DNA of 64,000 bases from Promethearchaeota archaeon (GCA_019894715.1 JAGXOA010000204.1:51179-115178); one strand, 5' to 3'. Shown: positions 1-9,026, counted from the first letter of the stretch. Numbers and translations are program-made. The notes: generated by a model from the letters alone, not told the origin.

Positions 1-1
1 T

Positions 2-241
2 TATTTATCCATAAAACAAATAGGACTTAAAAAACAAAAACGCCAGTACGTCCACCTTTCAGATGATATCAAAACAGCTATTACTGTAGGTATGAGAAGA
101 GAAAAAAGACCACCAATAGTTTTAATTATTGATGTTAAAAAAGCAAGAGAATCGGATATAAAATTTTATAAATCAGGTGAAATATATCTTGCTGATTATA
201 TACCTCCTGAATTTATTTCTATCTATAAAAATAATAAGTAA
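2..241 (+). CDS. kptA: RNA 2'-phosphotransferase (Tpt1/KptA family), C-terminal fragment; 5' end outside window
   Basis: ORF open from the window edge to TAA 239-241. Translation ...KRQYVHLSDDIKTAITVGMRREKRPPIVLIIDVKKARESDIKFYKSGEIYLADYIPPEFI fits the conserved C-terminal half of Tpt1/KptA (YVHLS..A..VG.R...P..L.ID......G..F..S......L....IPP..I). Absent from the ORF track because it has no start in the window. Confidence 0.65.
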   Translation, partial: YLSIKQIGLKKQKRQYVHLSDDIKTAITVGMRREKRPPIVLIIDVKKARESDIKFYKSGEIYLADYIPPEFISIYKNNK

Positions 242-561
242 GGAATAGTTTTTTTTTATATTATTTACTCTACTTGCCAAAAAATCTAATCCTTTTTTTA
301 AAGAATACCAAATTATAATTTTTGGATATATATCTATATATAGAGATTTGCACGTGAAATGAATCTTTCACGATGAAATAGGTACTATAATATTACTATT
401 TTCTCAATAATTTTTCCAAGTTACAATCCCAAATTAGAATAATTATTTATCTCTTTTCTTAAAGCAATTACTCATGTTAGAATGATACAATACCAAAAGG
501 AATAGAATTTAATAGAAGATATATCCTTTTAAATTATTGGAAATTAGAAAATTTCTTATAA

Positions 562-854
562 TTATTTTCTGTAATAAGGGAGAGGTTTAATTAACTCTTT
601 GTATGGATTATAATTATCATAAAAACCTCTTAAATTAAGTAGGTCTTTAAGAGTTTTCATATAATGGTTTGGATTAACTCCATTAGCTTTTTGATTTAAT
701 ATAAAGCAAAATCTAAGATTTTTAAATTAATTCCTTTTGACTGGGAATATCTATTCAGGAAATTTTCAAAATAGGGGATATTCTTTCTTACTTCTTCAAT
801 CTCTTAATTTCTAAACTCATTTTTTATATAAACAAATTTATCTTCATTTGTCAT
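562..854 (-). pseudogene. Decayed gene relic (unknown family) with one in-frame stop and one frameshift
   Basis: Minus strand reads MTNEDKFVYIKNEFRN*EIEEVRKNIPYFENFLNRYSQSKGINLKILDFALY. After a 1-nt frame change near 700 it reads LNQKANGVNPNHYMKTLKDLLNLRGFYDNYNPYKELIKPLPYYRK*. Composition is protein-like but the frame is broken, and no family was recognised. Confidence 0.3.
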
Positions 855-1026
855 TTAATTTTAAATCTCCTTTTTCAAATTTATTTGTTTATGAATTTTC
901 AATAGATTATACTATCTTTCAATTATTGGACTTAATAAGGTCTATTAGATTGTTATAAAAAATCTTTAAAAATTTATATATGAGAAAATAAAATATGTAA
1001 TAAAAACAAAAAAATAAAATAAAAAA

Positions 1027-1806
1027 ATGCCATTATCTATTTTTTACCTAATACCATTAACCGGATTACCAGAGACCTTACATTCATTGATATTCTTCTT
1101 ACTCATTCTTCCCGGACTATCAATCCTTACTGTATTATTATTTCCGAGAATTTTTACCTCTCTTTTTCTAAAAATTAAACGAAAAGTCTTCTATAAGTAC
1201 AAAGATGCCTATATTGAGACAGATACCATTATATTGTCTCGAAAAAAATATTTAAAACGGGTTATTTATTGTGCGTTACTTGTTTTTGGTTTGATGTCCT
1301 TTATAATGCCACGTATTGATGAAACCTTATTTCTTGATTCTATTGCTATTCAAAATTTTGAAAATTTAGGAATTCCCCCATATTTTGCAAATGTTATTTT
1401 CTTTTCCTTAGTTGGGATATTAACACCGATTGCTGTTGGGATTTTATCTATTGGATGGGCAATTGAAGATGCAGGTCTTATGCATTATAAAATACCCTCT
1501 AACCACAAGAATCTAAAACTCTTTGAAATTGAACCAATTCATATAAAATATAACAGTTATATAAAAGGTTTTGCGAATATCACATCAATTTTATTTGCAA
1601 TTGAAATGGTATCTGCATTTGGTCCCGTTATTTCAGATTTATCAAAATTTGCGGATTTATTTCAAATTATTATGTTTCCTGTTAATCTTCTTGTGATACT
1701 CCTTCCTATATATTATATTTATTCGAAAAAAGGATGTAATATTACCTCTCTTCGAAAAAACCTAAAACCCATAAAATCACTAAATGAATCAGAAATTTTT
1801 AAATAA
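1027..1806 (+). CDS. Hypothetical multi-pass membrane protein
   Basis: 259-aa ORF with several long hydrophobic segments (LIPLTGLPETLHSLIFFLLILPGLSILTVLLF, VIYCALLVFGLMSFI, NVIFFSLVGILTPIAVGILSIGWAI, FQIIMFPVNLLVILLPIYYIY). No recognisable family motif. Confidence 0.5.
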   Translation: MPLSIFYLIPLTGLPETLHSLIFFLLILPGLSILTVLLFPRIFTSLFLKIKRKVFYKYKDAYIETDTIILSRKKYLKRVIYCALLVFGLMSFIMPRIDETLFLDSIAIQNFENLGIPPYFANVIFFSLVGILTPIAVGILSIGWAIEDAGLMHYKIPSNHKNLKLFEIEPIHIKYNSYIKGFANITSILFAIEMVSAFGPVISDLSKFADLFQIIMFPVNLLVILLPIYYIYSKKGCNITSLRKNLKPIKSLNESEIFK

Positions 1807-1824
1807 TCAAGGTTCTTTAATTAC

Positions 1825-1843
1825 TTTTTTTTTTTTTTTTTTT
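1825..1843 (+). terminator. Oligo-T tract (19 T), likely archaeal intrinsic terminator
   Basis: An uninterrupted 19-T run begins 19 nt after the stop of the 1027-1806 ORF. Archaeal RNA polymerase terminates at oligo-T stretches. Confidence 0.45.
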
Positions 1844-2082
1844 ATCACTAGTTTGATCATTTTCAATCACTTTTTTTATAATATTATTATATTATCTACC
1901 CAAAAAAAAATTTCATAAATAATTTTTTTTTTAAAGAAAGATATTGTAAAAATACTTGTTCTTCTAAAGATATCATATTTAGATCATGACATTTTAATTA
2001 ATAATCTTAATATAGTTTTCCAGATAATTATAATAAATATATTTCTTTTATTGAGAAATTAATCATCATAAAAAATCTATAT

Positions 2083-3393
2083 GTGATTTTTATGGGTTTT
2101 CGAGAACATATAAAAAAATTAGACGAAGAAGGAATTCTTCGAAAAGTTGATATTGAAGTATCTAAATATTTGGAAATTTCTGGAATTTTAAAAGAAGTTG
2201 AACCTACTCCAGTAGTTTTTAATAAAATAACTGATAATAATTTTCGATTAATTGGTAATTTATTCTGTACAAAACAATCAATTGCATCTTACCTTGGAGT
2301 AACTCCCGCAGACTTAATACTAATGCTAACAAAAGCTATTGATAATCATTCTGAGCCCGAAACAATAAATAATGCACCATGTCAGGAAATTATTGAGACA
2401 AATGTAGATTTGGACAAACTACCTATTTTAATTCATTGTGAAAAAGATGGAGGTCCATATATTAGTTCTGGTGTTGTTGTCACCCGAGATCCTGAGTATG
2501 GACAAAATTTAGACTTTCATCGAGCAATGCAATTTTCAAAAAATCAATTTGCAACTAGAGTCGTAAGAGGACGTCATTTTCAAAAATTTTTAGAAAGAAA
2601 TGGAGAATTAGATGTAGCATTTTGTATTGGTAATACACCTAATGTTCTTATTGCTGCAGCAACATCTGTTGATATTGGTGTTGATGAACTAAGAATTGCA
2701 AATGCTCTAGAACCAATCCAAATTACTAAGGCTAAAACAGTTGATCTATTGGTTCCTGCTGACAGTGAATTTATTTTAGAAGGTCGTGTGTATTTAGAAG
2801 AAAAACATGCAGAAGGTCCTTTTGTTGATTTAACAGAGACATATGATATGATAAGAGAAGAACCTGTATTTGAAGTAAAAGCAATAACATATAAAAAGGA
2901 CGCTATATGGCAGGCTCTTCTTCCAGGAGCTCTTGAACATAAAATCCTAATGGGTATGCCAAGAGAACCTACTATATTCAGAAAAGTAAATGAAAAAGGA
3001 GTAAATTGTTTAGATGTAAATGTAAATCCCGGAGGGTGTTCATGGCTTCATGCAATAGTTCAGATAAATAAAAAATCTGATAATGATGGTAAATTGGCAA
3101 TTGAAGGTGCTTTTGAGGGTCATAGAAGCTGTAAACATGTTTACATTGTAGATAAAGATATAGATATCTATGATCCATTATCAGTAGAATGGGCCATGGC
3201 AACCCGATTTCAAGGCGATGTCGATATGATAGTCAAAGATAAAGAACCAGGTAGTAGTTTGGATCCAAGCGCAGAACCAGGAACAAAATTAACAACAAAA
3301 ATAGGATTTGATTTAACTGCTCCATTAGTTATCAAAGGTAAAAATTTTGGAAAAGCAGAATTTCCCAAAGTTGATATAAATAAATATTTTTAA
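2083..3393 (+). CDS. UbiD-family (prFMN-dependent) decarboxylase; candidate anhydromevalonate-phosphate decarboxylase
   Basis: 436 aa with UbiD-like sequence throughout (FREHIKKLDEEGILRKV..., GGPYISSGVVVTRDPEYGQNLDFHR, LRIANALEP, EGPFVDLTETYD). It directly precedes the aconitase-X pair and lies near UbiX and IPK. The true start is probably ATG 2092 (MGFREH...). Confidence 0.8.
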   Translation: MIFMGFREHIKKLDEEGILRKVDIEVSKYLEISGILKEVEPTPVVFNKITDNNFRLIGNLFCTKQSIASYLGVTPADLILMLTKAIDNHSEPETINNAPCQEIIETNVDLDKLPILIHCEKDGGPYISSGVVVTRDPEYGQNLDFHRAMQFSKNQFATRVVRGRHFQKFLERNGELDVAFCIGNTPNVLIAAATSVDIGVDELRIANALEPIQITKAKTVDLLVPADSEFILEGRVYLEEKHAEGPFVDLTETYDMIREEPVFEVKAITYKKDAIWQALLPGALEHKILMGMPREPTIFRKVNEKGVNCLDVNVNPGGCSWLHAIVQINKKSDNDGKLAIEGAFEGHRSCKHVYIVDKDIDIYDPLSVEWAMATRFQGDVDMIVKDKEPGSSLDPSAEPGTKLTTKIGFDLTAPLVIKGKNFGKAEFPKVDINKYF

Positions 3394-3410
3394 TCATTTA
3401 AGGTGATTTT

Positions 3411-4604
3411 ATGAAATTAACATTAGAAGAAAAAGATATGTTAGAAGGTAAGTATGGAAAGGCAACACAAAAATCAATGGAAATTTTAACCACTTTAGGT
3501 GATATATATGAAGCAGAAAAGATGATTGATATAAAAAGTGTACAAATATCTGGAGTTTCATATGCTAATCTTGGTGAAGCAGGATTAGATTTTTTAAGTA
3601 AAATGGCAATTGACGGAAAAGCTAGAATACTAACTACTTTAAATCCTGCTGGAATGGATCGAGATAACTGGCAAGCTTTAGGAATAGATGAAGAATTTGC
3701 AAAGAATCAAAATAGAGTTATTGACGCTTTCGCTAAAATGGAAGTTATTACAACTTGTACTTGTACGCCATATTTAATTGGTAATCTTCCACATTATGGC
3801 CAACATGTAGCATGGGCAGAGAGTAGTGCTGTATGTTTTTGTAATTCTGTGATTGGAGCGTATACAAACCGAGAAGGAGGACCTAGTGCTTTAGCATCCT
3901 CATTAACAGGAAAAACACCAAAATATGGATATCATTTAGAAGAAAATAGACATGGAGAAGTTTTATTTGAAATTAAGACATTAATTCAAGGAACAGATAA
4001 ATTTGGAGTCCTTGGTAAAGTAATTGGAGATAAATTAGGAGAATTAAAAAAGAAAATTCCCTATATTACAGGTATTCCTATCGCTAGTGTTGAAGAATTA
4101 AAATCATTTTGTGCTTCGGTGGCAACCTATGGGGGAACAGCTCTATTTCATATGGAAGGTATAACACCAGAAGCTTTAAAATATCCTAAACCTAAGAATA
4201 TTAAAATTGAAATTAATGAACAAGATATTAAAAAAGGGTTAGCAGAACTCATTGACGAAGATATTGAAGTAGATTTTGTTAGTATTGGATGCCCTCATGC
4301 CTCTATTGATGAAATAGCTCAAGTTGCAAAATTATTAAAAGGAAAAACTGTTAATAAAGAATTTTGGATAACAACTGGAAGGCCAACTAAAAAGATTGCT
4401 GATGAAGCAGGTTATACAAAGATAATAGAAAACGCAGGAGCAAAATTTGCCGCAGACACATGTTGTGTCGTTGCGCCTATAAAAGGAAGATTTAAAGGAA
4501 TTGTTGTAGATTCAGCAAAAGCTTGTTATTATGGTCGAGCCAAAAATAAATTTAAAGTTAAAATCGCTAATATTGAAGAATGTGTAAAGGAGGCGACACA
4601 ATAA
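3411..4604 (+). CDS. Aconitase X catalytic subunit (DUF521); candidate phosphomevalonate dehydratase large subunit
   Basis: 397 aa. MLEGKYGKATQKSMEILTTLGDIY..., VQISGVSY, TTLNPAGMD and conserved Cys (CTCTPY, CPHAS, CCVV) are typical of AcnX type IIb large subunits. GGTGA lies 4 nt before the ATG. Confidence 0.8.
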   Translation: MKLTLEEKDMLEGKYGKATQKSMEILTTLGDIYEAEKMIDIKSVQISGVSYANLGEAGLDFLSKMAIDGKARILTTLNPAGMDRDNWQALGIDEEFAKNQNRVIDAFAKMEVITTCTCTPYLIGNLPHYGQHVAWAESSAVCFCNSVIGAYTNREGGPSALASSLTGKTPKYGYHLEENRHGEVLFEIKTLIQGTDKFGVLGKVIGDKLGELKKKIPYITGIPIASVEELKSFCASVATYGGTALFHMEGITPEALKYPKPKNIKIEINEQDIKKGLAELIDEDIEVDFVSIGCPHASIDEIAQVAKLLKGKTVNKEFWITTGRPTKKIADEAGYTKIIENAGAKFAADTCCVVAPIKGRFKGIVVDSAKACYYGRAKNKFKVKIANIEECVKEATQ

Positions 4605-4997
4605 ATGAAGTTAGAAGGGAGAAAAATATATAAGGGGACTGCTAGTGGTGAAGCCATTGTTACTTCCCAAGGAATATCTTTCTTTGGAGGTGTCGATTCT
4701 GAGACAGGTGTAGTTGTAGAGAAAGATCATGAACTAGAAGGACAATCAATTTCTGGAAAAGTTTTAATATTTACTACAGGAAAAGGATCTACAGTAGGAT
4801 CCTATACAATATATCAAATGAAAAAAGGAAATACCGCACCTATAGCAATTGTTAATGAAACTATTGATACTGTAATTGCGGTTGGTTGTATTATTAGTGA
4901 AATTCCATGTGTTGATAAGATAGACATAAGTAAAATTAAAACAGGTCAAATAGTTACTGTAGATGGAACAAATGGAATAATAGAAGTTGAAGAATAA
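4605..4997 (+). CDS. Aconitase X swivel-domain subunit (DUF126); candidate phosphomevalonate dehydratase small subunit
   Basis: 130 aa. GEAIVTSQGISFFGGVDSETGVV...GQSISGKVLIFTTGKGSTVGSYTIYQM is the DUF126 pattern. It starts one base after the stop of the large subunit, with AGGAGG upstream at 4588-4593. Confidence 0.75.
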   Translation: MKLEGRKIYKGTASGEAIVTSQGISFFGGVDSETGVVVEKDHELEGQSISGKVLIFTTGKGSTVGSYTIYQMKKGNTAPIAIVNETIDTVIAVGCIISEIPCVDKIDISKIKTGQIVTVDGTNGIIEVEE

Positions 4998-5221
4998 TAT
5001 CTTTTTATTTTTTATTTATTTATAGAAATTTCTAAAATCTAATGATTTATGATGTTAAATCTACTTTAACAAAATTACGTTTCTGATTATTTATAATTTT
5101 TCAACTAAGGAGGAGTAAGAATTAAAAAGAAATGAAAATTTATCTAATAATATAAATAAACATACTAAATATGTAAAAAACACCTAATTATAGTATAATA
5201 TATTCAAAAATAAGTGATATT

Positions 5222-6188
5222 ATGGGAAGTGGAAAAGGTTTTGGAAAGACTATACTTTTTGGCGAAATTAAATTCTAAATTCAGAAATTAACGCAATCAC
5301 TTTGTAGTTTATGGTCTTCCTGCGATAGCTTCTGCCTTAGGTACATATACTACTACAGAAGTTAAAATAACAGAAGGTGAAGGTTGGGAAGTTATTGACG
5401 ATAGACCAGCCACACCAGGATATAAAAAACAGAAATTTGATGAAGCTCAACAATCAATAAAAAATGTCTTATCATTCCTAAATATAGATATAGAAAATCA
5501 AAAATTAATTTTATCCTTTGCTGGAGATCTATATGCTGCAAGCGGAGTAGGTGCTTCAGCAGCTCAGTGTACTTCTTTAGCTAGAGCTTTAAATGATGAA
5601 TTTATTTTAAATTTTAATGATGAAAAGATAAATGAAGCCGCTTATGAAGGAGAAAAAGCTTATCATGGAACACCTTCTGGTATAGACAATACAGCATCAA
5701 CATATGGAGGATTAATTTGGTTTGAAAAAAACCTTAGTGGTGGAAAGAATAAAATTGATAGGCTTGAATCAAAAGAGAAAATGTTTTTAGTTATTGGTAA
5801 TACAGGCTTAACAGCATCCACTATAGAAGTTGTTGGAGATGTACGTAAATTAAAGGATGAAAATCCTAAAAAATTTGAAAAAATATTCAATACCTATAAG
5901 GATATTGCGTTTAAAGCCAAAAATGCATTAATCGAAAGTGACGTAAAAACAGTAGGAAATTTAATGAATAAGAATCATGAATTACTTCAAGAAATTACAG
6001 TTTCTGGAGATATTAATGATATTATTGTTAAAATTGCTCTAGACAATGGAGCCTTAGGAGCTAAAATGACTGGAACAGGTCGTGGAGGTCTAGTGATTGC
6101 TTTAGCTTCTGATAAAAGTATTCAAGAAAAAATCTTTAATGCAATCCAAGAAAAGGGATATATGGCTTGGAAAACTACTATAGGATAG
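5222..6188 (+). pseudogene. mvk: Mevalonate kinase (GHMP kinase) with the frame interrupted by a 31-nt insert at 5267-5297
   Basis: ATG 5222 gives MGSGKGFGKTILFGE, then a stop at 5276. From 5298 another frame gives HFVVYGLPAIASAL...ASGVGASAAQCTSLARAL...KMTGTGRGGLVIAL to the stop at 6188. The ORF track reports only the last 135 aa (5781-6188). As read it is disrupted; see findings for the splice-like alternative. Confidence 0.75.
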
Positions 6189-6277
6189 TATGTAAATTAA
6201 TTAAAAAATATTAATGTGTCAAATTATCAATTTTTCTTTTTTAATAGTGTATAGAGATTAATTAGAGGATTTTAGAG

Positions 6278-8188
6278 TTGAATGAGACTGAAAAAATAAT
6301 ATTATTAAAATTAGGTGGAAGTCTACTAACTGAGAAAAATAAACCTTTTTCATTGAGAAAAGATGTTATTAAAAATGCTGTAAATCAAATTGGTAGAAGT
6401 AATAAAAAACTAATTATAATACATGGAGGGGGATCTTTTGGTCATCCTCTCGCAAAAAAATACAGTATTTCTAAAGGTATAAATAATTCAATAGAGAACC
6501 AAATAATGGGACTTTCAGAAACACATGATGCAATGAATAAGCTAAATTCATATGTAATCAGTGAATTTTTAGATCAATTAATTCCTGCTATATCAATTCA
6601 AACCTCGAGTATTTTTTTAAAAAAATCTCATGAGTATCTAATTAAGACAGTAGATATAATTGAAACTTACCTTAAATTAGGTCTTATCCCCATTTTATAT
6701 GGAGATATAGTGGTAGAGAAATCAGGGAATTTCTCAATTTTATCCGGAGATCAAATAATTTTAGAATTGTGTAATAATTTAAATAAATTTAAAGTAGAAA
6801 AAGTCATTTTCACAACAGAAACAGATGGTATATATATTAATGAAAATGATAGCACAGATAACACAAAATTGGCTACTGAAATACACTATAAAGATTTAGA
6901 TAATATTAATTTAGCTAATCTTGGTCAAAAAATAGATGTAACTGGAGGAATGAAGGGAAAAATAGATTCAATTAAGAAAATCTGTGATTTAAACATTCCT
7001 GTGCAAATAATCAATGGATTAAAACCAAATTACATTTTAAAAGCATTAAAATCAGAAAAAATCAAAGGAACTTATATTGGTATTGATAATAATGATAGAA
7101 TAACAAGAATTAGCAGAAGAAAAATCGAACATCTCAAAATTCCGATCGATTATAATGTTCAAAATAAATCTAATTATTTTGATGATATTGAATTGATATA
7201 TCATGCTTTTCCACAGATCAATTTTGATGATGTCAATCTCTCAACTAATTTTTTTGGGAAAATTATTTCAGCGCCTATATGTATAGCAGCTATAACAGGA
7301 GGTCATCCAGTAGCATATGAAATAAACAAAATTTTAGCGGATGCTGCTGAAAATCAAAATATTATAATGAGTGTGGGAAGTCAAAGAGCGGGATTAGTAG
7401 ATCCTGAACTATCAAAATCCTTTAGTATCGTGAGAGAAATAGCCCCAGATATACCAATTATTGGAAATTTAGGAATTGGTCAATTGAGTAGATCTAATTT
7501 TAATCTTGATGATTTTATAGATTGTATAAACATGATAAAAGCAGACGTTATGGCCGTTCATTTTAATGCTTTACATGAATTATTTCAAGAAAAAGGAGAT
7601 AAAACATATAATAATCTACTTGAAAACTTTAAAGAAGTAAAAAATGCAATAAAAATTCCAATTATTGCAAAAGAAGTAGGATCTGGATTTAATCAAGAAG
7701 TTGCACAGACTTTAGAAAATATAGGATTTGATGGGTTTGATGTGGGTGGTGCGGGAGGTACAAGCTTTGCCGCTATAGAATCCCATCGAAATAATAATCT
7801 AAATTCTATGTATACACGGAATCCTGCAGAATTATTTAGGGATTGGGGCATACCTACACCCGTTAGTATAAGTTATGTAAGAAAGGTTAGTCAAAAACCC
7901 ATAATATCCACAGGAGGTCTAAGAAATGGTATTGATATTGCTAAATCTATTGCTTTGGGTGCGAATATTGGAGGATTTGCCTATAAATTCCTATTAACTG
8001 CTTGGAAAGATTATAAGAATAATTCTAAATCTAATTCAATAAAAGAAATAATAACCTTAAAAAATGAACTGCAATCATGTTTGTGGTTAATGAATGCTTC
8101 TAATTCCAAAGAAATATTTAAGAAAAAGGACAAACTTATTATTTTAGGGAATTTATATAATTGGTTTAATCAAAATAAAACATTATAA
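6278..8188 (+). CDS. Fusion protein: isopentenyl phosphate kinase (N-terminal) + type-2 FMN-dependent IPP isomerase (C-terminal)
   Basis: 636 aa. The N-terminal ~260 aa is an amino-acid-kinase fold (ILLKLGGSLLTEK, IIHGGGSFGH, DVTGGM), as in IPK. The C-terminal ~350 aa carries IDI2 motifs (SAPICIAAITGG, MSVGSQRA, AKEVGSGF, GGAGGTSFAAIE, TGGLRNGIDIAKSIALGA). Confidence 0.8.
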   Translation: MNETEKIILLKLGGSLLTEKNKPFSLRKDVIKNAVNQIGRSNKKLIIIHGGGSFGHPLAKKYSISKGINNSIENQIMGLSETHDAMNKLNSYVISEFLDQLIPAISIQTSSIFLKKSHEYLIKTVDIIETYLKLGLIPILYGDIVVEKSGNFSILSGDQIILELCNNLNKFKVEKVIFTTETDGIYINENDSTDNTKLATEIHYKDLDNINLANLGQKIDVTGGMKGKIDSIKKICDLNIPVQIINGLKPNYILKALKSEKIKGTYIGIDNNDRITRISRRKIEHLKIPIDYNVQNKSNYFDDIELIYHAFPQINFDDVNLSTNFFGKIISAPICIAAITGGHPVAYEINKILADAAENQNIIMSVGSQRAGLVDPELSKSFSIVREIAPDIPIIGNLGIGQLSRSNFNLDDFIDCINMIKADVMAVHFNALHELFQEKGDKTYNNLLENFKEVKNAIKIPIIAKEVGSGFNQEVAQTLENIGFDGFDVGGAGGTSFAAIESHRNNNLNSMYTRNPAELFRDWGIPTPVSISYVRKVSQKPIISTGGLRNGIDIAKSIALGANIGGFAYKFLLTAWKDYKNNSKSNSIKEIITLKNELQSCLWLMNASNSKEIFKKKDKLIILGNLYNWFNQNKTL

Positions 8189-8197
8189 AACCATCAA

Positions 8198-8761
8198 TTA
8201 TTCAATATTTCCCCATCTTTTTATATCAGAATCAATTTTAAGTAGATCTAAAATCCTACCAGCTATTTGCTTAGTAAGATCATCAACAGTCTTAGGTTTA
8301 ATATAATAAGAAGGAATAGGAGGTGCTATAATTACTCCTAATTTAGCTAGCTCAAGCATATTTTTTATATGAATAACATTAAACGGACTTTCTCTTACTG
8401 TTAGGATTAAGGTTCTTTTCTCTTTTATTGCGACATCAGCAGCTCTTGTAATTAAATTATCAGCATAACCATGAGCAATACCAGCTAAAGTTTTCATAGA
8501 ACAAGGAACAATAACCATTGCTTTAAATTTGTGTGATCCACTTGCAGGAGGTGCAGACATTTGATCATTTCTATAGCTCTTTGTTGCTAGACTTTTAAGA
8601 TCAGAAATTTTGTAATCTGTTTCTAAACCAATAACTTCCTCTGCTACTTTAGAAATAATTAATTCTGTTTCTATTTTTTTTTCTCTTAAGACTTTTAATA
8701 ATTCAATAGCTAATGAGATTCCTGTTGCACCAGTTATTGCGATAACAATCAAATTTCTCAA
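8198..8761 (-). CDS. ubiX: Flavin prenyltransferase UbiX (prFMN synthase)
   Basis: 187 aa. IAITGATGISLAIELLK, MVIVPCSMKTLAGIAHGYADNLITRAADVAIKEKR and LTVRESP are typical of UbiX/Pad1. TTG start. Confidence 0.9.
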   Translation of the reverse strand: MRNLIVIAITGATGISLAIELLKVLREKKIETELIISKVAEEVIGLETDYKISDLKSLATKSYRNDQMSAPPASGSHKFKAMVIVPCSMKTLAGIAHGYADNLITRAADVAIKEKRTLILTVRESPFNVIHIKNMLELAKLGVIIAPPIPSYYIKPKTVDDLTKQIAGRILDLLKIDSDIKRWGNIE

Positions 8762-9026
8762 AATAAAATTATTTTCTCTTATATATAAAATAAAGTTTAA
8801 TGATTATAATAAAACTTGTTCTAATTAAAAATTGAATTTATATTTTTATAAAGATAATAACGTTGAATTTATTTTCAATTAATAAGTGGTTATTAGACTT
8901 TTCTTATACTTTTATATGTGATAATATTTTATGAAATTATAGAAATAAGGTAAATAAAAAACATACGTCATTTTATAAAATAAATGTATTTTTAGAGCTT
9001 TAAAAAAAAAAAATTATAGGTTTAAA

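Noticed and set aside
2978-3202. Antisense or overlapping ORFs of 60-140 codons in the track: 2978-3202, 4764-4949, 5663-5890, 10831-11133, 11142-11561, 14598-14885, 15185-15412, 15478-15687, 19043-19345, 19072-19266, 21762-21944, 27140-27352, 35421-35633, 38856-39155, 39731-39943, 40046-40351, 41626-41901, 41971-42240, 42364-42549, 45924-46175, 47002-47238, 47701-48012, 49366-49551, 50827-51027, 55360-55563, 58995-59189, 59581-59841 and 63247-63429.
   Set aside because: Each lies fully inside a longer ORF that has clear family motifs on the other strand or frame. Their translations are low-complexity (rich in I, F, S, L, N) with no motifs. They are shadow ORFs.
5264-5291. 8-nt direct repeat gaaattaa (5264-5271 and 5284-5291) around the MVK insert, considered as a target-site duplication of a mobile element or a simple duplication.
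   Set aside because: The repeats do not flank the 31-nt insert symmetrically. Deleting one repeat unit (20 nt) does not restore the frame. A 31-nt insert is too small for a mobile element. The repeat follows from the palindromic TTAA stem.
9003-9014. Homopolymer A/T runs (for example A12 at 9003-9014, A13 at 11765-11777, and A9/T10 near 1901-1932), considered as repeats of special function.
   Set aside because: These are expected features of very AT-rich intergenic DNA. Only T-runs directly downstream of stop codons were annotated as likely terminators.
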